DNA from: Macrostomum lignano
Taxonomy: Eukaryota
Reading direction: 5' to 3'
Length of the DNA stretch: 64,000 bases
NCBI GenBank assembly: GCA_002269645.1
Contig: NIVC01003582.1
Coordinates: forward strand, 25,753 to 89,752
In this document: positions 1 through 12,457 of the stretch, piece after piece
How the letters are laid out: every line of letters begins with the position of its first letter
Numbering within the stretch: position 1 is the first letter of the stretch
The notes under the pieces: generated by a model
Seen by the model: the letters and a program-made list of their open reading frames with translations, nothing else
What the model was told of the DNA's origin: nothing
Databases searched by the model: none
Program-made: the position numbers and the translations under genes

Positions 1-2
1 CC

Positions 3-134
3 GCCTTCGCTCTTGACTGGATCTTCTTCTGGGTCTTTCTGCTGCTCACCTGTCTGATGTTCTTCGCTGTGGCCATTGTGGCGATGCCTGCGTTCACTGT
101 AGTGCACCCGACCGGGCACAGCAGTGAGCACTGA
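3..134 (+). CDS. 3' end (M4 helix and C-terminus) of a Cys-loop ligand-gated ion channel subunit, nAChR-like; partial
   Basis: The frame from nt 3 reads AFALDWIFFWVFLLLTCLMFFAVAIVAMPAFTVVHPTGHSSEH* (TGA 132-134). This resembles the nAChR M4 pattern 'A.v.D..F.W.F'. The ORF is too short for the track. Confidence 0.6.
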   Translation, partial: AFALDWIFFWVFLLLTCLMFFAVAIVAMPAFTVVHPTGHSSEH

Positions 135-2086
135 GTGGCAGTTTTGTTGCTGGCTGAGCCTGTTTTGTTGAGACAGTGTTGAGCACTTGATTGATTTTCA
201 CGCTTATTGTTTAGCAGTAACAGCTCATGTGATTCGATAATTATTTCTCTCAGCAGTGAAGCGCATTAGAAAATACCAATAATCAGCTCTGGCTTTTTGA
301 GCAGGCACTTCGGTCTCGGATTTATTCCAATCTCAACCCAAGGCTGCATTCACACTATGATAGACAATATTTTGTAGGACTAGATATGTTCATAAAAGTG
401 CTGCAGATCGTTATTAGTTTGCGCAGAACAAAAACTGGGCAGAAAATCCCCGCACAGCCGACCAGAATCCCTGTGTGCTGCATCAGCGCAGGGTTCAGTG
501 CGAATTTGCTCCCAGCAATTGGCGGCAGCGCTGAGGTTAGACATAATTGGAATGCTGAGCTTTTATGATCCCTTCTGACTGGACTGGCTGAGAGAGGGGT
601 AGGGAGGAGGAGGCTAAGAGAGAAGTTGCAGTACCATGGCGGGCGGAAGTACTTCGATCAAGTATGCATATTAAGCTGCATTTTTTAGTCGAGCATGCAC
701 GCATGTTCGATAGGGCAACAGCTGAAGCCGTACTAGAGAGGTTTAAAAGTTTTTGAAAAATAAAATAACATACTGATGCATTAATGCATAAAACCTATTG
801 AGTTAATGTTTATCACATTAGGAGGCTTGACAACAAGAACTTACGATTAGCCGTCAAATTTGCATTTTCTTTGGATTAGGCGCAGTCAAACTACTGAAAC
901 TGTCAGCAGCAGTAGGGTAAATAGCTTTTTATCGCCGAAATTTGTAAAATAAAAATAAAAAATTGCTAGTTTTAAATAACTATGTTGAAATCCTTTTAGT
1001 TGAAATTCAAGTTTAAAGAAACGCTTGCTTGACTACTGGTGTAAAAAGATGGTGCTTCATGCTCTGCTTCATGCTCTCTCTATCTATCAAACGACTAATG
1101 CATGCATAGGAGAGTCAATGGCAATGCTAGCTTAAAAAATTGGTCCTATAATTCTCCTTTGAATGAGCCGCCATGCTCAGCAGAATTGCCGATCCCAGAT
1201 ACGCATCACGGTCGATACCGGGGCCTGTCTTCACCGCGTCTCTCTCAACCTCTCTTTTTCCAGGCCTCCCTATAAACAATTTCCTGGCCCGAGTTCAGAT
1301 AACGTAAAGCGAAAAATAACATGCAATTTTCCCAATGATTCTCTCTGCCCCTCTCTTCACTAAAACCCCCCAGCTCACTTTCCTTTCCATTTCCTCTTCT
1401 CTTGATGTCGTCCCTGGGGGGGGGGGGGGCGGCGGGAGGAGAGCGGCCCTGAAGATTGCTCCTGCTCTTCCACAGGGCCGAAATGGGATGCATTTTTAAA
1501 AAGCGGGGCTGGGGGATTAGCGAGAAAATCCCCGATGAGTTTGGCCAGCTGATGACTGTTTCAACGCTGCTGGTGACAATGGCATCAATATTGCCAGCTT
1601 AGGTGGCTAGTTCCTGTCATTGATTATGCATTCTTGAGTAGAGTACGCCTGAGATGCCCTCAAGAGAATAGAGTTCTACTGTTAGTAGTGCTGCAGAATG
1701 AGGCAGCATATTTACAGAAGCAGAAATCTTGACGAAAAAAGTAAAATTAAATAGTAGAAAGCAAAATTTATACTATAGAGTCAGCATTGCAAGTACACAG
1801 TGTTTAAATATTATTAGCCTAACGGTATACACTTGCTGGGCTATTTAATATTGTAGAATTCAAAAATAGATATTTTAGCACAGGTGAAAATAAATTGTAC
1901 TCATTTTTTCTACATGTACCTTCAAATGTGTTCATGCATTACGCTTAGCTCGTATAAGAGAAGAAGGTATACTGCTAACAGATGTCTGTTTACTGGAACA
2001 GACAACACTCGCGTTTTGTAACATTATTATAGCATTGACGCATTGTGGGTGCCTGACTGGTTTAACGATTCTCGAGATTTCTTGTT

Positions 2087-2670
2087 GGCCTACATGGTCG
2101 AAGGGGTGAATCATTCCCAGATCGATGTCGGGATGCTTGGCTACAAGGTCGAAGGAGTGAATCATTCCCAGATCGATGTCGGGATGCTTGGCTACATGGT
2201 CGAAGGGGTGAATCATTCCCAGATCGATGTCGGGATGCTTGGCTACATGGTCGAAGGGGTGAATCATTCCCAGATCGATGTCGGGATGCTTGGCTACATG
2301 GTCGAAGGAGTGAATGATTCCCAGATCGATGTTGGGATGCTTGGCTACATGGTCGAAGGAGTGAATCATTCCCAGATCGATGTCGGGATGCTTGGCTACA
2401 TGGTCGAAGGAGTGAATCATTCCCAGATCGATGTCGGGATGCTTGGCTACATGGTCGAAGGAGTGAATCATTCCCAGATCGATGTCGGGATGCTTGGCTA
2501 CATGGTCGAAGGAGTGAATCATTCCAGATCGATGTCGGGATGCTTGGCTACATGGTCCAAGGAGTGAATCATTCCCAGATCGATGTTGGGGTACATGCTC
2601 GAAGGAGTGAATCATTCCCTGATTGATGTCGGGATACTTGGCTACATGGTCGAAGGAGTGAATCATTCCC
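2087..2670. repeat. 51-bp minisatellite, about 11 copies
   Basis: The unit is ATGGTCGAAGGGGTGAATCATTCCCAGATCGATGTCGGGATGCTTGGCTAC. It explains the repetitive ORFs 1932-2843 and 2043-2567. Confidence 0.95.
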
Positions 2671-2817
2671 ATCCTTAAAGCACGGTTAGCACTGTTAGGA
2701 TTTAGGATCGGGAATCGACACTTAAGGCCATCCCATCGTCCTATCGAGCAGTGGAGCAGTGTAGAGTACAGTTTGATGCAGTTGTACTTGGCCAGTCCGT
2801 ACCAAGCAAGCCGGAGC

Positions 2818-5800
2818 TCACACAGCCTGACCGGTGTCGGCATGCTGCCTCCGAGAGCCAGTCCTGTTGCAGCACAGCAGAGCCCAAGGCCGGCTGGTCT
2901 CGCGCACCAAATCGTCCAGCATCATGCAGAGAGCCGAGGCCAGCAGCAGCGCCGCGGCTGTCCAACCCAACGCGTAGCCGTAGCCGTAGCGGTGCGACTG
3001 AAACAGCAGCTTCTGCACGGCGTACGGGTAGATGCCCAAGGCCACTGTGGCCGACAGGGCTGCAATCAAAGCGAGCGCGAGGCAGAGTGAGATTTTGGCT
3101 CCTATTGTCAAGTACGACGTACCAAATACAAATGTACTTTTAGTACAGGTTGACAATTATTCATGGAAATACAAATTTCTAATAGTGATTATAACAATAA
3201 AAGATCAATGTCAGAAGCTTCAAATTCTAGCGTTTCTTATAATTGGCCTAGCGTTTGCCTTGGTCTGGGCTGCGGGTCTACTGGCTCAAGATGTATTCAA
3301 TGGATTAAAAGCACACAGGCAGGCGCTAAATAGGCATAAAACTAAGATTAATATTCTCAGTCCTTAGCAGTTGCCCCAGATGGGTTATTCAGTATTGACG
3401 AATGACAAGCATGATGCACGATTTCAATCTAGCTACCATTTCGTCTGAAAGACACAAAACACCCGGCCAAGGCTACTTAACTATAGCCGCTCATAAATTA
3501 TAACTGAGCTCTTTCCTTACCGGCTACAAAGAAGATCTCGCCAGCAGAGTGGAAGTAGTACATCTTCTTTGGCAGATAGCTGATACAGAGGCCCACTGAG
3601 GCGAGGCCGGTGCCCAGCCCGGCGAACAGAATGGCAAACAGCAACAGACCGATGGACGCCTTCTGCCAGTCTGGAGAAATTGTGAGGTTTTGTCGAGTGA
3701 TAAATACGACCGAGCGTTAATGTTTTTCCGCAGCAGAAAGAGTTCATGAGCCTTGCTTAAAGTGCAACGTCGCGTATCGCATATCGGACAGGTGCCAAGA
3801 GCCGGAGAGCTGCAGCAACGGTGCGCAGGTTTGTCCAACATGATTAATTCAGCGCCCTTCTTTTCTGCCGTGACAGCAGACGGGAAACTGGCTCTGCTCT
3901 GCGTGAGGGGCAGCGCGCCACGGCTCACAGGAAAGGCTGGCGGAGACCCGGTGCGTGTGTTTGTGCTCACAGAGGAAATTAGGACTGTGCAGCAGGATCC
4001 CCAGGGGGATGGAAGAAAGACCAAATAGATGGCAAAGAATATGCTTAGTTGTAGTCCAGGCTGATTTAACTGCAAAGCAGGCACTTTTTGTGCATTTAGA
4101 AGCAGACAGATTTACGGTGCTTTGTAATTCACATCGTTTTGTTGTCATACATCGTTTGGAAATAGATCTGAGCGGATGAGGAAAGGGCGAGTCTGATGTG
4201 GAGAGTGCTGGAAGAGATTGGAATAAAAATAACTATGAATTTCACTCACAGGAAGATGGTGAGTAGAGAATGCAGAGTAGGACTCACGAGTGTCAGGCTG
4301 AGTAGAGAATGCAGAGTAGGACTCACGAGTGTCAGGCTGAGTAGAGAATGCAGAGTAGGACTCACGAGTGTCAGGCTGAGTAGAGAATGCAGAGTAGGAC
4401 TCACGAGTGTCAGGCTGAGTAGAGAATGCAGAGTAGGACTCACGAGTGTCAGGCTGAGTAGATAATGCAGAGTGGACTCTAAGGTGTGGAAGGGCTCTAT
4501 GGTTTAATCTAACATCTAACAAACTACCTTGCAGCCGCAGTTTCCCGAAGCCGCTGCAGCCAGCTCTCGGCGGGACGCTGTGATTTCCTGGTTGCAGAGT
4601 CGCCACATACGAGCTCGGAGAGTTCGGGCACACGTCCCACAAGCTGACCCAACCTCTGCTACTCTCGCGCCAATGCCAGTGCGCCCCCGGTGCCACCGCA
4701 GCTCCCAACAGGGCGAGAGAGGCGCCTCCAAGCAAGGCGCCAAGGCAGCGCCAAGCCAAACGGCGCCGCTCTTGGGCGCCGGCGGCTTCGCTGTGTGGCC
4801 GGCGCTGTTCGTAGATTCCGACGCTGTCGGGGACGCGGAAGCTGACGAAACTCTTCAGCGTCTTTAGCTGCATCGCGAGGCCGCTCTGCCGCTGTTGGTA
4901 CACTTTCACTGTCTGGCACTCTGCTGAACCGCCAGTTCCGACAATCTGTCACTCTGTCACTTTGTCACTCTGTCACTCTGTCACTCAACAACTCAATCGT
5001 AAAGCATCTAGTGAAGAATGGACCAACTCAAGCTGACAGTCTCGCTGATCAAAGCTGAGCGACTCTTTACAGAGAGAAGGCAGGGGCAGAATTAAATGCA
5101 AGTAACCAAAAGAACGGCAGAGAGAGAGGGAAGGAGAGGGGGCGAGTAGAACAGGAATGGCAAGTGAATTTGGACTGAGAGCAGCCAATCGAGGGATGGG
5201 GGGCGAGGAGATGCGGCTCCCAGCTTCCGCAGCCATGCTCTAGTTTCCTCGTCTCCCCTTCTCCTCTTCTCCCATCTTCCTCTGTTAGGCTTATGGCCTC
5301 AGTTTTTTTGAGTAGCCACGGCAATGCCAGTTAAAGAGGGAAGCATAGAAAAGCTGGGGTGTGAGCACAGTTGTTCGCAGCTGTGGCAATTCCTGTCTCT
5401 CTTTCTTTGCCCGCTTGTCTTTTTTCTGCGTGAGCGTTTTTCTCGTTGTACCGCAAGGAGGAGGGGGCTGGCTCTGATGCATTGCTAGAGTCCCTTCTGG
5501 ACTGCCTGCCCACCTGGCTCCATGCATTTGTCGAATTAATTTGATGCTGCTGGGATGCTGGTGTGGTCTGTCTCTTTGCAGCTTCCATCTCAACATCTGT
5601 CTGTCTCTTGATGAAGCATTGCAAACCACGTGAATTTGGTAGTTAGTTCAGTTGGTGATAAGCTATAACTTAATACTTCTAAAAATTCATGGACCGCGGG
5701 CAGAAAGCTGCATCTAATTTGCATTAAATTTTAGTTGCGAACGAGTGCATGAGCACTGAGTTTATGAGCGCCAGCAGCATTTTATAATCATTTATCCCTT

Positions 5801-8800
5801 TTTCTTCCCTGTCTCACTCGCATCAACTTCGATCCCCAATACCGCCTCCCTCTTCTGCTCCTCAAAATAAACGCCTGCTCATGATAAATGAGGCCCTCCA
5901 ATGTCATTAAAAACCAGCAGAGCTCTCACCCCTTCCATCGGTGTGAGAGTCTGTTGAGCCGAAATTGCCAACACAGGTGTCATTGAGCTGATAGCAGGTC
6001 TGCCACAGGCCGGAGCGAGCCAGAGTGCTATTATCTGCGCGTGTGTCATTGGCCAATTTGTGTTTTGTTAGACATACGGCTACACCGGAATAAAATAAAG
6101 CTTTCAAATAATTATAAAACATCTCTAGCTATACTACTACTACCGATAATAAAGTAGCACGTTTGGTACGCCACGCGGAGAATATGCAAAGCCGTAGCTT
6201 AGTTACGAGAAAGATGATGCCGGATAATGTGTACTTTTGCCTAGTTTCGCTAGCTTGTGGAGAAAATATTGTCAGTGTAAAACAGCTCGCATTTGGTTTG
6301 GCTAGAACCCAGGTGATTGAGTAGAACCCAGGTGATTGAGTAGAACCCAGGCGATTAAGTAGAACCCACGTGATTGAGTAGAACCCAGGTGATTGAGTAG
6401 AACCCAGCTGATTGAGTAGAACCCAGCTGATTGAGTAGAACCCAGGTGATTGACTAGAACCATGCAGGTGATTGACTAGAACCCAGGTGATTGACTAGAA
6501 CCATGCAGGTGATTGACTAGAACCCAGGTAATTGACTAGAACCCAGGTGATTGACTAGAACCCAGGTGATTGAGTAGAACCCAGGTGATTGACTGGAACC
6601 CAAGTGATTGACTAGAACCCAGGTGATTGACTAGAACCATGCAGGTGATTGACTAGAACCCAGGTGATTGACTAGAACCCAGGTGATTGACTAGAACCCA
6701 GGTGATTGACTAGAACCCAGGTGATTGAGTAGAACCCAGGTGATTGAGTAGAACCCAGGTGATTGAGTAGAACCCAGGTGATTGAGTAGAACTTAGGTGA
6801 TTGAATAGGGATAGCTACATGTATGCCTATAAAGTCAAAGGTACTGGGTCTGAGCTAATTCTGAGTATTTAGAAGTGAAATTAAACGATTTTAACCTGCA
6901 ACCTGCACGCGCTTGCCTTAAGTAAGTGCTCAAAAAATTAGAGGTGCATAGTTGTACCGTTACTGTTTTAAATAGTGCTTAAATCACCGGTTTGGGAGGT
7001 TGCCATTATTATCAATACTACAATGCACCCTCTTTGACAGCATTACGCTCGTACTTATGCTTTGATGTGACGGTTCGTTGGTTTGTTAGCTGGGTACCTG
7101 TGTTCGTTTTATTGATTAGCTTTATTCAATTAGACTTTATTCTGCTAACTTGGTCACTTAACTTTATTCAATTCCAAACTTCTATGTACTCTGTAAACCA
7201 ATGCGTACTCTGTGCAATTCAGTGTACATCATTGCGCTAGCCTTGCCTCGCCCCTTAAGTCTCTCCACTTACTCAGCCATATAATGCACCAGTGAAGTTC
7301 AATATTCACAATATTTAACTTATTGCACTCGATCTGTGCTTCGTCAAGCAACTTAGACTGTTGCACTACTGCAAATATATCGCAAGAATTTATACTCGCT
7401 TAAACAACATTCGATTCCTGACTTTCGCGTCACGTCATGCTTGAAGCTTAATCCCCTTTTGTTGCAATAAATTTGGAGACAGACTCATAGAACCCTTTGG
7501 ACTATTTTTCACCATAGCAGACCCTTAGTCTATCTGTTTGATCTAGGGGTGTTTAGGACGGCAATTCAGGACGGGTTCGAACTCCGAACCCCGACCCGAA
7601 CATTTTTTCAAACCCCGAACCCGGTACCAAAACCTGACGAAGCAATTGCTATCATTAACCCCCCATCATTAGCAGTGGCTGTGACTTCTCGTGACAATTT
7701 TCTGGTCACTTAGGGGGCCTCACCGGCTCTTATTCGATCCGAGCTGCATCAAACTAATCCAGCATCATCCGATTTCGTGCCCTCTTCGTCCACTTCAAAT
7801 TTCCGGGAGTCCACGATGAAGATCTTGCTAATTCTCTGAGTCCCGCGAGGTGACTGAGGAGCCGGCCAGCTAGGGGGGGGGGTTCTCCTGCTCCATTTTC
7901 CTCCCTTCCTCAATTCCTCAACTCGAAAATGCTCGACAGGGAGAAAATTGAGACGGTAAGGCACTGGGAGGGCTCTTGATTCGCCTAATGCAATCGGACA
8001 TTCTTTCGTGCATTTAGGCCATGCATTTAAACAGGTTAAATCGTGCATCAATTTTCTGCTTTACAATGTCTTCTACTTCTGAAGCTGGATCGCTGCTTAA
8101 AATACAATACAGTTCATGTTCGTTGCTTTCAATTAACTTAACCTTGTACTTTTGTTGGACAATTTTTTTGCTTAGCCACCTGTAGAAGCCCTCTTGCAAC
8201 TTCGCAAAGTTACCGCTAAAAGCCAATGGCTACGAGAGTACCAATGAAGGTGATTCCTACCAAACAGCACGGTTCAGCATGCAGGCGGTTAAACAGACCT
8301 AAAAATCTGAAATTATAATTAAATTTCAAGTGTTCCCAAAACTCTAAATATCTCTAGCGCTTAAAATTTACCGAATTTTTCCTCCTTTGAAAGTTCAGGC
8401 TGTGAGACCCATATAATAATTAATTGATTACACCTGCCCCAATTGAACCAGATGTGCAACCAGATGTCAGCGGGCGCATCTGAAGACTGCGTACGGCTGT
8501 TCAGTCCAAGGACTGGGGGGTCGCCACACACCCTCAATTACCCCAACTATTGCTGCAAGGCACCCATTTTGCAGCTGGGTGAACTGAAGCAATGCTTAAG
8601 TGTCTTGCTCAAGGAAACAAATTATTCCAGGGGGAATCTTCACGTCGTGAGTCCGACGCTTTAACAACTGGACTGAAACACCCCAAAACCAAGAGAGACC
8701 CCCAAACGCGTAGTCCTGAAGGCCTTTTAAGCAACTTACCCAGCGAGTGGTAGGACCAGGAGGCGGTGGACAAGCAGATCAACAGGCAGGGAGCTGCCAG

Positions 8801-9604
8801 TGTCGCCATTGCCGCAGCAACCAAGCGACTGCGCACAAAAGTCGGATGCTCCCAGTAGGCTCGCAGCCGGTTCCACTGCGTGTTGCTCAACTCCTGCGCG
8901 AAGCTGCCAGCGTAGCTCACCTTCGACCGTCGGCCTCCGATGCCAATTAATTCGCCTCCACCAGCTGCTCGACTCCGTCGCTGCTGCTGCTGTTGTCGCA
9001 GGTGCAGTCGCTGTTTCTCCGGAGCCATCAGGGCCGCGCATTCTTGGCGCGCTTTCAATATCGGCGTTGTCAGACGCGCTTCTTCCTCGGCCTCGGCCTG
9101 AGCGACAGCCGCTGCAGCTGCCACTGCTGCCTCTGCTGCCGCGGATGCTTCAACTCGGGGCTCCTCTTTTATCCGGAGCTGCCGCCGCTGCTGCAGAGAG
9201 GCGCGTCGTTGGCGAGACCAGCGTGACCAGGCCGATGTGCCGTCGTCTGGATCCTCGGCCGCCGACACAGCACCGGCGGATTCAACACCCGACGAACGCA
9301 GTTGGAGTGTTGAAGGTCGACCACTAGGAGATGGCGGTGGCTGCTGCTGCTGCTGCGATGGCGGCTCCTCCTCGGAGGCACCACGAATCGGCGAAGCTGA
9401 CGGAGAAATCTCTACGCTGCTGCCAAGGCCCGTGTCGCCGCTGTTCTGCTGCCATGGTAGCGCAGCAGAAGCGGCACCGGTTGCCGCGTCGCCTTTGAAG
9501 CCGCTGCGCGTTCGAAAACGTCTCTGCTGGGTTCGCGCGACTGAGGCCTGCGGCACCCCCAGGAGTCCGGCTGTGTCCTCAGTCATGGCGTCCTGAATAG
9601 GCAT
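2818..9604 (-). CDS. PMP22/EMP/claudin-superfamily tetraspan protein, long isoform (4 coding exons)
   Basis: Exon 9604-8740 has a long N-terminus plus TM1 (LVAAAMATLAAPCLLICLSTASW; donor G|GTAAGT). Exon 6034 (or 6079)-5930 has the SGLWQTC..C motif (donor G|GTGAGA). Exon 3670-3521 reads DWQKASIGLLLFAILFAG..KKMYYFHSAGEIFFVA. Exon 3059-2818 reads ALSATVALGIYP..YGYGYALGW..QAV*. All three introns are phase 1 and GT-AG. Confidence 0.8.
4259..4465. repeat. 39-bp minisatellite, about 5 copies (intronic)
   Basis: The unit is GAGTAGAGAATGCAGAGTAGGACTCACGAGTGTCAGGCT. Confidence 0.95.
4528..4873 (-). CDS. Alternative first coding exon (TM1+ECL1) of the claudin-like gene, splicing to exon 3670-3521
   Basis: From ATG 4873 it reads MQLKTLK..LAWRCLGALLGGASLALLGAAVAPGAHWHWRESSRGWVSLWDVC..GCSGFGKLRLQ. 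The phase-1 donor CAAG|GTAGTT at 4528/4527 is compatible with the 3670 acceptor. Confidence 0.7.
6302..6803. repeat. 19-bp minisatellite with 21-bp variants, about 25 copies (intronic)
   Basis: The unit is TAGAACCCAGGTGATTGAG/C; variant units contain CATGCAGG. Confidence 0.95.
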
Positions 9605-12032
9605 TTAGATTTCATTAATAGATACGTGCGTTCTAGAGGGCTGCGACCATCCTTGTCTTCCCAGAAAATGACATCACACCGCTATGATACGAAAAGCAAT
9701 AGATGTAGGCTGAAAAGAGCCAGCTATTGGAAAAAATTTTTAAAACTGTCCTTTTTAGGCATTCCCGGGCGGATTTATGTCAATAAAAATCGATACCTTT
9801 ATCGTTTGAATTCGTGCAAATCAATGTCGGTCTCTGGATGCCCACAAATTTAAAAGCATTCTGCAGAACTTGTATGGTCAGTGCAGCGTTTTTTGTCTTA
9901 AATCCAATAGCTGCGGAAGGAATGGAAAATATCAATGAATAAATATGGATCCATAAGTACAGGCAGTCCGTAGATCGACAGAGGACTCTCATGAAACAAT
10001 TTTAATTTAGTGCAATAAGGTTGGATTCAAAAAAGAAAAAGAACAACAATCCTGTTTATTGCACTGCACTCGATAAAGGACCGGCGTCGAGACGATGTGG
10101 TGAATGCTTTTTATGTCCAGAATCGCGTGACAATTGAGCAGTGTCCCTTGCCAGCACTCTGTCTGGAGGCGTCAAGTCAAGGAGGCGGATTTGCCACCAG
10201 CTCAGCTAGGCCCGAATCGGGTGAACAGGCGGCCCACTCGATGGGACAGTACATCACTCCAGACCTTCGCTCGCTGCCGACCTCAAACTTGCTGCCTTCC
10301 TCTGAGAGCCTCCATCTCTCCCTCCCCAACTTTATCTTTTTCTTCCTTCCGTCTTCCAGTTCGGGCGGCGGGTGAGCAACGGATGCGGGGAAGAAATGCG
10401 AAGTAAAGAGCTGAGATTAAAGCAGTGGGCGACACAGCAGGCAACAGGCAGGCTGCACAGGCAAAAGCGGCTAGAGAATTCCAATGCATAAATCACGAAA
10501 GGACAGTGCAGTAGCAGCATCTGCCTCTCTCTATTCCCCAAGTTTTTATCAACCAACAGGCGACTAAAAAGTAGAATTCAGCAGGGGGATGGACAGCAGA
10601 GAAGCCCAGTCGATGCACTTATACTAACGGAAAAAGCTGAATTTACGGCTGTTCATAGAGCCAGGTGAAGAATATCTTAATAACAAATAAACAGAGTTCG
10701 TCTGGCTGTCAATCAGGCTGAACAGAGTCGCTGAGATGCGACGGATTTTAAACGGAACTGAAGTGGAGAGAGCTAAAAAACCGAAGCAAACAGAAGCTAT
10801 AGGAAGAGAAATGGAGAGCCGTGAAGGAGGGGAGAATTGAGCTTCTTCTTTAAGCCTCATCTGGCCGATCAATAACAGCCGGGATTGAACCCGACAAGAG
10901 TGCACCAGCACTTCAGCAGATTTTTCGAATTGTTTCTGTCACTTTTCAAGATAATGTCGATTATTGTCTGGGGCAGTTGGAGATTCAAGTTCCTACCTTA
11001 GCACATTACGCTCGTAGAATAGAAGGCCGTCTTTTACCTGGGTATAAATTATTTTTCTGCTAGGTAAGCCTACTGATCAATACTGTCCTTTAAAGTTGCG
11101 CCTCTCCCGCAATGAGTTGCCAGACGCGGAAGCTGGAGTCCTACCTTTCAGCGCTCCTCACCATTGTCTCCTTTCAACAGGGTTAAGAAACTGCATGGGA
11201 AGGCATTGCGTCTTCCAGTATCTATTTTAGTCAGAGACTCTTGTACGCTACCTGCCTTTGTCGCAGCTCTCAGGCCAGCACTAGCATGCAAGCTTGCTGC
11301 CTTCTGTGCGTGTCTGCCTGGTGGGTGTTCGTCACTCTCTAAGGAAAAAATGCTCAGAATTCTTGTGTAGCTCTCAAAGAAATGCCTCTTCTATGCCTTG
11401 TTGCCTTCATCGATTTTTTTGCTGTTTTGTTCGTGTAGCGTCGAAGCAAAAAGACGGGAGGCAGCGGGCGGTCGGGCTGAGGAAGAGTTGGGGGGGACTT
11501 GGGGTCCTGACCTGAGGTGAAGGCGAATTCCGCTGTTAATGAGGCCGGCGATGACAATGCGAGACTTGTTTTCTTCGTTAAGTTTTAATGGCTGCATCAT
11601 TTCAATGGAGTTTTAATATGAAAATTGCATGCATTTTTATACACTTTTATACACTAAAAATTATATTGCCATGTTCAGTCTCCGCTTGAGCTGCACTCAA
11701 GGACTACAGTAAGTTACCATGGAAATAGGAAGCTACACTGTTTATACTTTATTTTCGGGCCCAATTACTCTGTTTTTTTATGTCGATCTAAAAGTTTTTT
11801 GCATTCTTATTTTTAAATCTGCGGGAGGCTGGAAAAAAACAAAAGTAGCTACCTGTGCCTTCTCTCAGCTTTACAGTTTTTTTAAAAAGCCAGCAAACAG
11901 ACCTACCTTCAGGGACTTTTATGTGTTCTTCGGATGGTGAACGTCAGGGGCGCCGCCACCGGGGGGGGGGACAGGGGAGACATGTCCCCCCCAGTTGAAG
12001 CTATGGGGGGGACATACCAATGCATACCAATG

Positions 12033-12457
12033 CCAAAATGAGTGCCTGCGGCGCTAAAATGAGTGCCTGCGGTGCTAAAATGAGTGCCTGCGGCGCTAAA
12101 ATCAGTGCCTGCGGCGCTAAAATCAGTGCCTGCGGCGCTAAAATGAATGCCTGCGGCGCCAAAATGAATGCCTGCGGCGCCAAAATGAATGCCTGCGGCG
12201 CCAAAATGAGTGCCTGTGGCGCCAAAATGAATGCCTGCGGTGCCAAAATGAGTGCCTGCGGTGCTAAAATGAGTGCCTGCGGCGCTAAAATGAATGCCTG
12301 CGGTGCCAAAATGAATGCCTGCGGCGCCAAAATGAGTGCCTGCGGTGCTAAAATGAGTGCCTGCGGCGCCAAAATGAGTGCCTTCGGTGCCAAAATGAGT
12401 GCCTGCGGCGCCAAAATGAATGCCTGCGGCGCTAAAATGAGTGCCTTCGGTGCCAAA
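12033..12457. repeat. 21-bp minisatellite, about 20 copies
   Basis: The unit is AAAATGAGTGCCTGCGGCGCT/C. It produces the three repetitive ORFs at 11909-12607. Confidence 0.95.

Noticed and set aside
1932-2843. 303-aa and 174-aa repeat ORFs, and similar ORFs at 11909-12607, 37101-37707, 59632-60346 and 60963-61581
   Set aside because: They are by-products of tandem arrays, with no splice or domain support.
3060-3101. Upstream acceptor CAATAG| at 3101 for the last claudin exon
   Set aside because: It is in frame but would insert 14 aa into TM3. The 3059 acceptor has a better pyrimidine tract and gives a continuous helix. It is not excluded as a minor form.
3753-4028. Plus-strand 91-aa ORF as a Helitron/PIF1 fragment
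   Set aside because: No helicase motif could be matched with confidence.
7749-8226. Possible decayed MULE/SWIM-type transposase in the claudin intron
   Set aside because: There is only a vague Cys pattern across broken frames, and no convincing TIR pair or TSD was found.
10097-11600. Further alternative claudin first exons
   Set aside because: The hydrophobic stretch in ORF 10911-10624 lacks the W/GLW/C motif and a compatible donor. The region may be UTR or regulatory.
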